Source of the DNA: Bacillota bacterium
Lineage (GTDB): Bacteria > Bacillota > Clostridia > Tissierellales > MES13
DNA: 64,000 bases
Assembly: GCA_009711765.1 (NCBI GenBank)
Contig: VEND01000100.1
Span: forward strand, 1,561 to 65,560
Direction of reading: 5' to 3'
The translations under genes and the position numbers were made by a program. Below, piece after piece: positions 36,887-46,253 of this stretch. The notes beneath the pieces were generated by a model. It saw only the letters and a list, made by a program, of their open reading frames with translations. It did not search any database and was not told the origin of the DNA. Each line of letters begins with the position of its first letter. Position 1 is the stretch's first letter.

Positions 36887-36930
36887 ATTTATTTGAATAT
36901 TTATTTATATTATATGTAAGTTATACAATA

Positions 36931-36960
36931 TTCTACATTTAACTACATTTTCCTACATTT
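36931..36960 (-). repeat. three helically phased 10-bp direct repeats at or above the -35 position
   Basis: Plus strand reads ttCTACATTT aaCTACATTT tcCTACATTT, which is AAATGTAG x3 on the minus strand. They lie just upstream of a TATAAT (36909-36914) that has only a poor -35 (TGTAGA). Confidence 0.5.
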
Positions 36961-36981
36961 ATTAATTAATTTTCTTGTAAA

Positions 36982-37021
36982 TAAAAAACTTCTTTCTGAT
37001 TAATCAGAAAGAAGTTTTTTT
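36982..37021. terminator. bidirectional rho-independent terminator
   Basis: AACTTCTTTCTGATTAATCAGAAAGAAGTT palindrome (36987-37016), flanked by an A-run and a T-run. Confidence 0.85.
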
Positions 37022-37025
37022 AGTT

Positions 37026-37463
37026 TTATACAGCAGCACCTGTTTTTAAACTTTTATCTTTTTTGTAATAGCTCTCAATACAAATTTTAAAATCACTAAA
37101 ACAATCAATAAATTCATTTATAATTTCATATAACTCTTCTTTATCCATATATTTTAAGTAATCAACTTTTATTATAGGTAAATACTTTTCAAATCTTAAT
37201 TTTAAATTAGCCTTTAATATTTTTTTATCATCTAAATAATCAAGTATATTAGCTATATCATTTTCCATTAATCCATTATAATGTCCTACTAGCCTACAAA
37301 TATCCTTTATTTCTTTTATTCCTAGTAATATATATCTTTCTGTTCCACCAAATATTAGAGGTTCTCCAATAAAATCTTCCTTTCGATAGCTCCTTGCCAC
37401 ATAAAGTACCTCTGTGTAATACTCTAAAGTGTCTAGCTTTCCACTTATTTCATTTAGCATAGT
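37026..37463 (-). CDS. hypothetical protein
   Basis: Start moved to ATG 37463 (MLNEISGKLD), which has GGAGGGA upstream. No motif recognised. Confidence 0.5.
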   Translation of the reverse strand, partial: TMLNEISGKLDTLEYYTEVLYVARSYRKEDFIGEPLIFGGTERYILLGIKEIKDICRLVGHYNGLMENDIANILDYLDDKKILKANLKLRFEKYLPIIKVDYLKYMDKEELYEIINEFIDCFSDFKICIESYYKKDKSLKTGAAV

Positions 37464-37604
37464 ATATCCCTCCAATTTTTTTATCCTTTGAACTCTGTAT
37501 TTGTATAATAGCATATACTATGCGATTAATTTGTCATAATGAGTATAAAAAAACTTCTTTATTTGTCGAATTTGATAAAAATAAAATAGGGGTTATTTTT
37601 ACCC

Positions 37605-38192
37605 CTATGCTGTTATCCTAATTTCTCTCTTTTCTTCCATAATATAGTTTAATGACATTATTGAAATAATTGATGCCACATCAATGGATGATTTTAAGTC
37701 ATTTTTATAATCCTCTATTTTTCTATAATCAAAATGTAACTCTTCGATTAGTTTCTTTATATTACTTTTAGTAATAACCCCTAAATTAGGAGCTATAATT
37801 CTAGCACTATAATTATATTTCTTTGCCTTTTTATGAAGATTAATTTCATATTTTAAATGTTTTTTCATATCTGTATTAAAATGCCATCCTTGACTATGGG
37901 GAATACAGAAAAAATCTGTTAGAAAGTGACTTATTATTCCTAAATCAACACTTAACTTATTTTCATTATACTTATTATTAAAATCAAAATCAGATTTTAA
38001 TAACTTAAAGATATTTTCAATAACAAAATCAAAACTTTCATCCTTATAATGGGATTTACTTAGCAATTTAAAATCAACATCTGGTTTTATATTTCCCCAT
38101 TTAAATAATCTTTTATTAAGATTATATCCAGTAACCTTTTTAATATTATCATAAACATTATCTGCTATGATATAGTGAGTGCTTGGAAGCAA
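37605..38192 (-). CDS. zinc-dependent phospholipase C-family-like small protein
   Basis: 195 aa. His-rich motifs in the typical order (N-terminal STHY, WGNIKPD, ISHFLTDFFCIPH) resemble Zn_dep_PLPC family members. TTG start with AAAGGAGGAG upstream. Confidence 0.45.
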   Translation of the reverse strand: MLPSTHYIIADNVYDNIKKVTGYNLNKRLFKWGNIKPDVDFKLLSKSHYKDESFDFVIENIFKLLKSDFDFNNKYNENKLSVDLGIISHFLTDFFCIPHSQGWHFNTDMKKHLKYEINLHKKAKKYNYSARIIAPNLGVITKSNIKKLIEELHFDYRKIEDYKNDLKSSIDVASIISIMSLNYIMEEKREIRITA

Positions 38193-38385
38193 AAAAAGCT
38201 CCTCCTTTTAAGATTTAAAAATCTTTTTTTATTTTTAGTTCTTATTTATCATATGTTTGTATATTAATATTGATATAATTTTCAGAATTATTAACCATAT
38301 ACATCATATCATTTATATGTATAAATTAAAAGAATCAGAGCTTTTTTAAGTGTATTTTCTATTTAATATCTTATGGAGGGGTTAT

Positions 38386-39000
38386 ATGAAAACTAGAAAA
38401 GTACTTATACTTCCTTTTATATTAATTATTTTACTAATAACATTTATACCTTACATGATTAAACCATCAAAGATAAAAAAAATTGACATATCAAAGGATA
38501 TATCTATAACTGAAAAGTTATTAACTTCTGATATAATTGTGTTTGGAAAAAGTACTATATCTTTTACAGAGGAAGAAGTAAATTCTTTGTTAGTGCCATT
38601 AATAGAAAAAGAAATATCAAAATCAAATCTTCCATCATATATTAAGTATAATGGTTTATATATAGACCTTAAAAAAAATAAAGCTTTGATAAAAACTGAT
38701 ATAAGTCTTTATAAATTACCTGTAGGCTTAAATATCTATACTAAAGTATTTTTAAAAAACAATATAGTTTATATAAAATTAACTAATGTTTTTCTTGGTA
38801 GGATACCCATTTCTTTATATATATTAAAAAAACTTATGTTAAATGAAAGTGATCTAACTTTTAATTTAAATATAAAAGAGTTAGATAAAATCACAATTAA
38901 AGATATTACTATAACTGAAAATAATTTAAATATTAAATTTATTATTAATAAAGATACAATAATAAATTTCCTTGATAAATTAAAAGAAGATATAAAATAA
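38386..39000 (+). CDS. membrane-anchored hypothetical protein
   Basis: Start moved to ATG 38386 (MKTRKVLILPFILIILLITFIPY) with GGAGGGG upstream. Single N-terminal TM; possibly YpmS/DUF2140-like, unverified. Confidence 0.5.
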   Translation: MKTRKVLILPFILIILLITFIPYMIKPSKIKKIDISKDISITEKLLTSDIIVFGKSTISFTEEEVNSLLVPLIEKEISKSNLPSYIKYNGLYIDLKKNKALIKTDISLYKLPVGLNIYTKVFLKNNIVYIKLTNVFLGRIPISLYILKKLMLNESDLTFNLNIKELDKITIKDITITENNLNIKFIINKDTIINFLDKLKEDIK

Positions 39001-39015
39001 AGAAAAAACTTCTTT

Positions 39016-39050
39016 AAAAAGATAAATTAAAAATTAATTTATCTTTTTTT
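39016..39050. terminator. AT-rich bidirectional terminator
   Basis: 12-bp stem AAGATAAATTAA/TTAATTTATCTT (39020-39045) with a T7 run and an A5 flank. Confidence 0.55.
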
Positions 39051-39052
39051 CC

Positions 39053-39481
39053 TTACTTATAAAAATAAAAGAATTTCATATCTAAAAGTATTTTATCAAT
39101 ATCTAAATTCATTTCTATATCATTAATTAATTCCCCAGATAAATATTTTTCAAACTCATATGATTTAATCCATTTATACTCCCAGGACTTATCCTTAAGC
39201 TTTACTATATTCTCCTTTGAAAAACATAAAAGAGTTATCTCTAATATCTGCTTTTTATTATTTTTTATAATAGTAGTAGTATAAAGTGGTTTAAGTACTT
39301 CTATATCTAAACCTGTTAAATCTTTAATTCTATTAAATGTTGCTCGTTCTAAAGTTTCTCCAAACCTAACTTTACCCTCAGGGAATTCCCATGACTTAAA
39401 GGGTTTTATTACTAAAAATCTATCAAGATTAAAAATCATAGCCTTTATTTGTATTTTGAAAATTTTTCTCATATCAGTCAC
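39053..39481 (-). CDS. NUDIX-fold protein with degenerate Nudix box
   Basis: 142 aa. GKVRFGETLERATFNRIKDLTGL aligns to GX5EX7REUXEEXGU, but RE is replaced by NR and EE by DL. Confidence 0.5.
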   Translation of the reverse strand: MTDMRKIFKIQIKAMIFNLDRFLVIKPFKSWEFPEGKVRFGETLERATFNRIKDLTGLDIEVLKPLYTTTIIKNNKKQILEITLLCFSKENIVKLKDKSWEYKWIKSYEFEKYLSGELINDIEMNLDIDKILLDMKFFYFYK

Positions 39482-39584
39482 CTTAATATATATTTAATGC
39501 ACCTTTAGTATGACCAGTGGGATATGTTCTTATGTGAAAAATAAAAGACTTGCTTTATTTTTAAATAAAACAAATCTTTAGGTA

Positions 39585-41351
39585 TTAATCAAAAAGGTTT
39601 ATAACCTTTCCTCTTACTTTTTCTTTATTATCTGTTAGTACTTTAAAAACTGCTTTACCCATAGGTTTAATAAGAATAGATTTTATTTTTCTTTTTTTAT
39701 CTTTTCCAGTATCATATAAATCATACTCAACTAAATTTAAATTTTTAAAAATATTAAATAATACAAAGTTAAATATATGAAAATTCTTATTTATAGGGTG
39801 TTCTGTAGAATTAATAAATATTTTTTCTAATGTGTCATAAAAATATTTTTCGTTTTCTTTAAGTTTAGATATTTCTTTTATATATTTAAATTTATTATTT
39901 TCATTTAAAAGTATAAAATTTTTATTAGGTATATATTTATCAAGTTTAAACTTATTAAAGATATAATCTATAAATATAGCTAATTTCTCATAGTTATCAT
40001 ATTCATTAAAATCATTTAACCCATCATCTAATTTAATGATTTTATTATCAATATCTATTATATTATAATAAAGGGAAAACCTATAAAAGATATCTAAATA
40101 AGTTATATCTATTTCCTTAACACCTTTATTAATGATTAAATCATTTAAATTTTTAATATCTTTTTTCTTAAGATTTTTATTAGTTTTTGCAACCTTTGGT
40201 TTTTCATTTTTTATATAATTTAAAAACACATAAAAATCTTTAATAAATCTTTCTTTGACTTCATATCCTTTTAAAATATCTTTTATTGTATTATTATAGT
40301 TAAATACACTATCTATATCCTTACTATTTTTATTTTTAAAATTAATTACATTTTCATAATTCATTTCATAATCTAATCTCTTTATATATTTATCCCTTTG
40401 TTTTGATATTTTAACAATGCTTTTATATGCCTTTTTTTCTAAATGTCCATAATCAAATAAAAATTTACTAAACTTTTTTAAAGATACTATATGGGAGTTT
40501 ATAGCAGTTTTTGATAATAAATAATTAATCTCTATTCCTTCTTTTATAAAAGTATCAACATCTTTCCCTGTCATATCCTCTATAGCTTTATTTTCATTTT
40601 TATAATATATTTCATAAAAACTATATAAGTTTTCCATATGCTTATTAACAGTCTCTTCTTTTAGCTCCTGTTCATTGACTAAATACATTCCAAATATATC
40701 AATTGGTGAAACTTTAGACTCCTTAGAATCCTTTTCTCCATTTATTAATTTTTCAAGATATTCATATATCCCTTTACTTAACATCTTTAATTTTTCTATC
40801 CTAGATAGATCTTTTAACCCTTTTTCTTTATCTATTACTTTTAAACTTTCCTTCATAAATGTAAGTAAAATATCCTTTAACTTTTCATTTAAGTAGTGAC
40901 ATGTACCTACTATTAAATTATATCCTAAAATATTAGCTATCCTTGTTAATATGATATCTCCATTTTTAAACTCACCGTTAAAAACTTTAATATCTAAATA
41001 CTTTTCATTTAAAAAATCATATAGTTTAACATCATTCTTTTGAGTATCAACTACTTGATATATATTTACATAACTATTATTTCTTCCCTCTAAGATCTTT
41101 ATTTCTTTTTTTGTAAGATTATTACTTTCATCGATAAATTGTTCTATTAAACTTTTATTATATATAGTTATATAATCTGATTCTAACCAACTATAAAAGG
41201 TAAAATCTTCATCGGTTTCATCCTCTCCTGTATAGTCAAATTCTAAGTTTTCTAAAACTTCATCATCTAAGAAGTTTACATAATCTTCTATATAATAACC
41301 TAATTTATCCTTAACTTTATAATATTTCTTAATTATTTCTTCTATTTTCAT
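39585..41351 (-). CDS. 588-aa orphan protein, last gene of the SMC operon
   Basis: AGGGTGA RBS lies 9 nt after the VanZ stop. A central segment (VNKHMENLYSFYEIYY...TAINSHIVSLKKFSKFLFDYGHLEKKAY) resembles the SAM-like core-binding domain of tyrosine recombinases. No R-H-R-Y catalytic domain is visible. Confidence 0.5.
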   Translation of the reverse strand: MKIEEIIKKYYKVKDKLGYYIEDYVNFLDDEVLENLEFDYTGEDETDEDFTFYSWLESDYITIYNKSLIEQFIDESNNLTKKEIKILEGRNNSYVNIYQVVDTQKNDVKLYDFLNEKYLDIKVFNGEFKNGDIILTRIANILGYNLIVGTCHYLNEKLKDILLTFMKESLKVIDKEKGLKDLSRIEKLKMLSKGIYEYLEKLINGEKDSKESKVSPIDIFGMYLVNEQELKEETVNKHMENLYSFYEIYYKNENKAIEDMTGKDVDTFIKEGIEINYLLSKTAINSHIVSLKKFSKFLFDYGHLEKKAYKSIVKISKQRDKYIKRLDYEMNYENVINFKNKNSKDIDSVFNYNNTIKDILKGYEVKERFIKDFYVFLNYIKNEKPKVAKTNKNLKKKDIKNLNDLIINKGVKEIDITYLDIFYRFSLYYNIIDIDNKIIKLDDGLNDFNEYDNYEKLAIFIDYIFNKFKLDKYIPNKNFILLNENNKFKYIKEISKLKENEKYFYDTLEKIFINSTEHPINKNFHIFNFVLFNIFKNLNLVEYDLYDTGKDKKRKIKSILIKPMGKAVFKVLTDNKEKVRGKVINLFD

Positions 41352-41360
41352 TTTATCACC

Positions 41361-41807
41361 CTATGTTAAATTTAATTTAAGTAAATCTTTTTTAATTAAT
41401 ATAAAAATTATCAATATCCCAAAGGTTACCCCTAAAGAATCTATAAAAACATCCTTTAATTGAGAGCCCCTTCCTGGTATAAAATACTGGTGAAACTCAT
41501 CTGAAAAAGCATATAATACTCCTATAATAAAAGCTTTAATATAAAACTTATCTATATTTAGAGTATTTAATGATAATGTTAATAAAATACCTAATATAAA
41601 ATATATGCTAAAATGGGCTAACTTTCTTATTAGTAGTTGCAATTTTTTTATTCTTTCATCATCATTTGTTATTTCATTTTCGTCAATAAGATTTAAAAGT
41701 ACTAATATACTTCCTGATTGCTTTTCTGAAACATTAGCTGGTTGATTAGAAAAGAAAAATATTAGTAACATCCAAAATATTGTACTTATCCATAATATCC
41801 TTTTCAA
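41361..41807 (-). CDS. VanZ-family membrane protein
   Basis: 148 aa with 4 TM. Motifs KLAHFSIYFILGILL and DEFHQYFIPGRGSQLKDVFIDSLG. TTG start with AAGGAG upstream, 15 nt after the SMC ATPase stop. Confidence 0.8.
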   Translation of the reverse strand: MKRILWISTIFWMLLIFFFSNQPANVSEKQSGSILVLLNLIDENEITNDDERIKKLQLLIRKLAHFSIYFILGILLTLSLNTLNIDKFYIKAFIIGVLYAFSDEFHQYFIPGRGSQLKDVFIDSLGVTFGILIIFILIKKDLLKLNLT

Positions 41808-41822
41808 TATATTACTCCTTTT

Positions 41823-44800
41823 TTATAAATCCTTTAAGAAATCAATTTGCTCTTGCTTACCTAATCTATCTAAAGCTTTAGGGTCATTATCTTTAAAAAA
41901 TGCATATTTAATTTCTTTTTCTTTATCTATAATAAAACTATGACCATTACTTGCTTCCCTTAATTTACAGCTATATACTACCGGAAAATAATTTCTTATA
42001 TATTTACCATCGGTATGGGCTGTAAGTGCTATTATTTGAAATCCTAACTTCTCAGCTATAAAAAATACTGGATCTAAAACATGGTCACTTGATGCTTTAC
42101 CAAAGGGATTATCCACTATCACTGTTCTATTTGTTTTATTAGATGTGTTAATGTTTTGTCTTTTTTCAGCTAAATAATTTAATATCCCTAGAAAAAGAGT
42201 CATATTTTTACTCCATTTCTCTCCTCCTGACCATTTGTTTGAATATTCCCAAGAAGTAGGCGCACTACTAATTCTACCATCGTTTGTTACTTTTCTACAA
42301 CTTATTTTTATTACTTTATCCTTTAAAACAATCCTTAATAATTGTTTTGACTTAAGCCACTTTTCTATTTCATTTCTGATTTTAACTAGGTTTTCACTAC
42401 CATCATTATTTTTAAATTCACTATTTTCAAGTTGTTTTATCATCCAGTTTATATGATTTCTTAATTCTTCTTTACCTTGTTGTTCTTCCCAATCTGGAAC
42501 GTTAAATCTATATATTTGTTTCCATTTATCTTCAACTTTTATTCGGGTCTTTTTAGGGATTTCCTTCAGTTGTTCTGTAAGGGTTCTTAAAAAAATATAT
42601 AATTGTTCTAAAAAATGTTGGATTTCTTTATCATGTTCCCTCATATCATCCTTAGCTATATTTATTATTCTAGTTATATTTTCTTCCATCTGGTTTTGCC
42701 ACTTTTTAATTTCTTTATAATTATTTTTATAATTGACTCCACCTATGGCCATATTTCTTAATTTAGGATCACTTATATTATCGTTACAAAACTCAATAAA
42801 CTTACTCTTTTGAGTATCTACATTTTTTTTTGTATTCTCTAATCTTTTATATAATAAATTTAATTTTTCTATTATATCTTCAATAAATTTTTTCCTATTA
42901 TAAGGAAAATCCTTTAATATACTATCGTCTAATTTTATAGGTTTTACATCTTCTGTTAAGAATAAATATCTTTCATTTTTTCTTTCTAATATGTTTATAC
43001 AATCATCTATTTCCTTCTTTTCAGTAGTCAATTTTTCATAGATTTTATTTAAATTATCTTCCCTTTTTTTATTTTCTCTAAATTCTTTATTTAAATCATC
43101 ATTTATTTTATATATTGATTCTGTAAATTCAATTAAGCTATCATAAACTTTTAAAAAATTTTCTAAAGAAATTTCATATTTAGCTTTTAAATTTTTAAAG
43201 TTTTCTAAAGCTTCATTTTTTTCATCCTCTAACTTTTTTACCTTAGGTTTTAACTTTTTTATCTCCCTTACTAAATCATTCATCTCCTCTTCTCCATAGG
43301 AGGGGAAAGTTAAATTTTTAGATATCTCAAATCCACACATACTTAATTTCCTATCTAAGTCTTTATTTAAATTTTCCTTAATTTTTATTTTTTCTTTTAA
43401 ATCTTCTCTATAATATTTTATATCCCTTTGTTTATCTTCTAAAGTATCAATTAAACTTTTCCTTTTACTTTTAAGTCCATCTATGGTTTTATCAGTAAAT
43501 AATGTTTTATAACTTTTTACCTCTTTATATAATTCATTTGATTTTAAATAACTTATTTTATCATTAAGAGAAGATATCTTTCCTTTTAAATCTTCTAATA
43601 ATCTTAAATAAGAATCCATATTTCTTTCAACTTTTTTTAAATTTCTATTTTTCTTTTTTAAATCTCTTTCTAAATTATAATTATCTTCTCTATATTTTTT
43701 CAAATCCTTATCTTTGCTTATATAAATTTGACTCCATTCCATTTTTGAATTTAACACTTGTTTTTCATCTTTGTATTTCTCTATATCATTATTAATTCTA
43801 AACATCTCTTTATCTATACTTTTAATTTTTTCTTCCTTACTTTCTATTAAATCATCAATGCTATCAATTTCTTCTTTAAATTTATGTTTATCTTTATTAA
43901 GTTCTTTATATTCACTAAATGGAAATTCAATGAAAAAGTTTCTTACTCCCTTTAACATATCATTATAATAATCTAATTCCTTTTCCTTAGACTTTCTTAT
44001 TTTATTTACCTTTTTATATTCTTCATATAATTCTTCTTTCCAGTTTATAAAATTTTGTTGTAATAAATTATCTCTCCAAAAGTTAGGAAATACAGTTAAA
44101 ATATCTCTAGCTTTACCTTTTTCAATAATATCTAAAGCTTCAGTATCTGATAATATGAAAATAGGATATGTTATTTTATCCTTTCTTTTTAATAATTTAT
44201 CCCTTAGCTTATCTACTTCAGTATCTTTTACTATTACACTCAAAGACCAATATGGATATTTATCAAAATATAAACTTTCTTTTTTATTTAAATTTTTAGA
44301 AACTCTTTGTATATATTTTGTCCCCAACTCTATATATGAAAAATTATTATTAAGACTCAGTATAAGTTTTTCTAATAAAGGTTCTACTGTAAAAAATTTA
44401 TTTTCTGTATAATCATCATATAATCTACTTACCTTTCTTTCATCCTTTAATAGGTCTTCTTTTTGTTTATTTAAATGTTCTATTTTGTTTTCTAATGTAT
44501 TTATTATAGACCCTTCCTTTGTATATAAAGAATCTATAAAATTTAAACTATTTAACTCCTGTAATTTAAGTATTTGTTTATTCTCTTCATTATTTATTAT
44601 ATCTAGTTTATTTTGAGTATCCCTAAGATTATTTGAAAGTTTTTTTAATTCTTTTCTTTTCTTAGGTAAAATATTTTCTAAATCTTCCTTTTCAGTTTTT
44701 AAATTACTAAGCTTAACTTTTAAATCGGCAACCCTTTGTTCTAAAACACCTATTCTTTTTCTCCATGTATTTTGTATGTTTTTAATATCCTCATCTTTAT

Positions 44801-46253
44801 TTTCTAATATCCTTCCCCTTATATCTAATAAATCCTTACTCAATCTATTAATTTCTCCATTTTTTTCATTGATAGACTTATTAAGCTCTTCTTTATTTAG
44901 TAAAATTTCTTTTTTATTATCTAATAAGTCATTATATATACCGTTATAATTATCATATTGATTATTTAATAAATCTAATTTGCTTTTTAAATTTTCTTCC
45001 TCCTTAATAAAATATCCCTTTATCATTTTAGAGTTTTCATTTAATTTATTTCTTAATTCATTAATGTCTTTGTCTTTATTAAGAAGTTCTATTTGATTTT
45101 TTAAATTTTTAATTTCATCTTCTGTTCTTTTTATGTCTAATCTAATTTTAAGGATATCTAATGTTTCGTATCTTTTTTTCTTTTTATCATAATTCTTATA
45201 TATCCTTTGAAAAGCTTCATCTTTATCTTCTAAGATAAGTTTTTCTTCATCCTTTTTAATTTTAAGTTTATATATTTCAAAGGATTTTTCCTTTCTTTTA
45301 AGTTCCTTTATATCATCCTGTAATTTTTCTTTATTTAATTTATTTTCATCTAACATATACTCTAATTTTCTAGATTTATTATTAACTAGTTCAAAAATAC
45401 TTTTAGCATATCTCTTTTTTTCATTATAATCATCATTAATGTTATTATAATCACTATAAACATCAACATAATATTCAATTTGGTCTTTTATTTCACTACA
45501 TTCTTCTATCTTTTCTGTTAATTGTTTATGCTTTTTAAAATGCTCCCTTTGTTTATCAAATGTATCAACAAAATTATCAGTTACTTTATCACTTATAGCC
45601 TCTTCAACAACGGGTATTAACAACTTATCAACAAGCTGTCCTGTAGTTTTACATCCATCAAAAAACTCTTCTACACTTCCCTCAGCACTATTTATAAGAC
45701 TTATCTTTCTCCACTCAGATGGTATTATTTTATAATTTTCTTCTATATATTCATGGAACTCTCTTATTGTTTTAAAAGTAGATGCATTTATATACTCACT
45801 TTTCATATTAGAATAATATTCACTTATTTCTCCCCTACTAGAAGGTCTTAATCCTTTATTCGTCTTCTTTACAAAGGGTAAATTTTCTAAACTATGTTTA
45901 TCATTATGTCCATACTCATACACATATTTATAGGAACTAAGTTTATTATTTTTTACAAATAGTGTAACAGAAGTTACTGCATATCTTCTAGGTCTTTCAT
46001 TTAATATCCATTCTATAGCTATATGACATGGATTTCCCTCTAAAGATAATGTATCTATTATTTTTCTATCAGCTACATCTTGATGGGGAAGTATTGCTTG
46101 AATTGCTGTTTGTATAAAAACTGTTTTCCCTCCACCATTTTCAAGCAATATAGCCCCATTATATCCATCAAATTCAAATATATCATCATTATATCTTTTT
46201 CCACCATTTTCATATATAACATTAGTAAATCGTATCTTAGATATACAAGGCAT
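41823..46253 (-). CDS. SMC/ABC-type ATPase with very long coiled coil (JetC/MksB-like)
   Basis: 1476 aa. N-terminal head has P-loop LLENGGGKTV. The C-terminal head has signature WSGGEK, Walker B TVIVDNPFGKASSDHV and H-loop ALTAHTD. About 1000 aa of K/E/L-rich heptad sequence is interrupted by a central globular segment (about 44050-44420). Confidence 0.8.
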   Translation of the reverse strand: MPCISKIRFTNVIYENGGKRYNDDIFEFDGYNGAILLENGGGKTVFIQTAIQAILPHQDVADRKIIDTLSLEGNPCHIAIEWILNERPRRYAVTSVTLFVKNNKLSSYKYVYEYGHNDKHSLENLPFVKKTNKGLRPSSRGEISEYYSNMKSEYINASTFKTIREFHEYIEENYKIIPSEWRKISLINSAEGSVEEFFDGCKTTGQLVDKLLIPVVEEAISDKVTDNFVDTFDKQREHFKKHKQLTEKIEECSEIKDQIEYYVDVYSDYNNINDDYNEKKRYAKSIFELVNNKSRKLEYMLDENKLNKEKLQDDIKELKRKEKSFEIYKLKIKKDEEKLILEDKDEAFQRIYKNYDKKKKRYETLDILKIRLDIKRTEDEIKNLKNQIELLNKDKDINELRNKLNENSKMIKGYFIKEEENLKSKLDLLNNQYDNYNGIYNDLLDNKKEILLNKEELNKSINEKNGEINRLSKDLLDIRGRILENKDEDIKNIQNTWRKRIGVLEQRVADLKVKLSNLKTEKEDLENILPKKRKELKKLSNNLRDTQNKLDIINNEENKQILKLQELNSLNFIDSLYTKEGSIINTLENKIEHLNKQKEDLLKDERKVSRLYDDYTENKFFTVEPLLEKLILSLNNNFSYIELGTKYIQRVSKNLNKKESLYFDKYPYWSLSVIVKDTEVDKLRDKLLKRKDKITYPIFILSDTEALDIIEKGKARDILTVFPNFWRDNLLQQNFINWKEELYEEYKKVNKIRKSKEKELDYYNDMLKGVRNFFIEFPFSEYKELNKDKHKFKEEIDSIDDLIESKEEKIKSIDKEMFRINNDIEKYKDEKQVLNSKMEWSQIYISKDKDLKKYREDNYNLERDLKKKNRNLKKVERNMDSYLRLLEDLKGKISSLNDKISYLKSNELYKEVKSYKTLFTDKTIDGLKSKRKSLIDTLEDKQRDIKYYREDLKEKIKIKENLNKDLDRKLSMCGFEISKNLTFPSYGEEEMNDLVREIKKLKPKVKKLEDEKNEALENFKNLKAKYEISLENFLKVYDSLIEFTESIYKINDDLNKEFRENKKREDNLNKIYEKLTTEKKEIDDCINILERKNERYLFLTEDVKPIKLDDSILKDFPYNRKKFIEDIIEKLNLLYKRLENTKKNVDTQKSKFIEFCNDNISDPKLRNMAIGGVNYKNNYKEIKKWQNQMEENITRIINIAKDDMREHDKEIQHFLEQLYIFLRTLTEQLKEIPKKTRIKVEDKWKQIYRFNVPDWEEQQGKEELRNHINWMIKQLENSEFKNNDGSENLVKIRNEIEKWLKSKQLLRIVLKDKVIKISCRKVTNDGRISSAPTSWEYSNKWSGGEKWSKNMTLFLGILNYLAEKRQNINTSNKTNRTVIVDNPFGKASSDHVLDPVFFIAEKLGFQIIALTAHTDGKYIRNYFPVVYSCKLREASNGHSFIIDKEKEIKYAFFKDNDPKALDRLGKQEQIDFLKDL

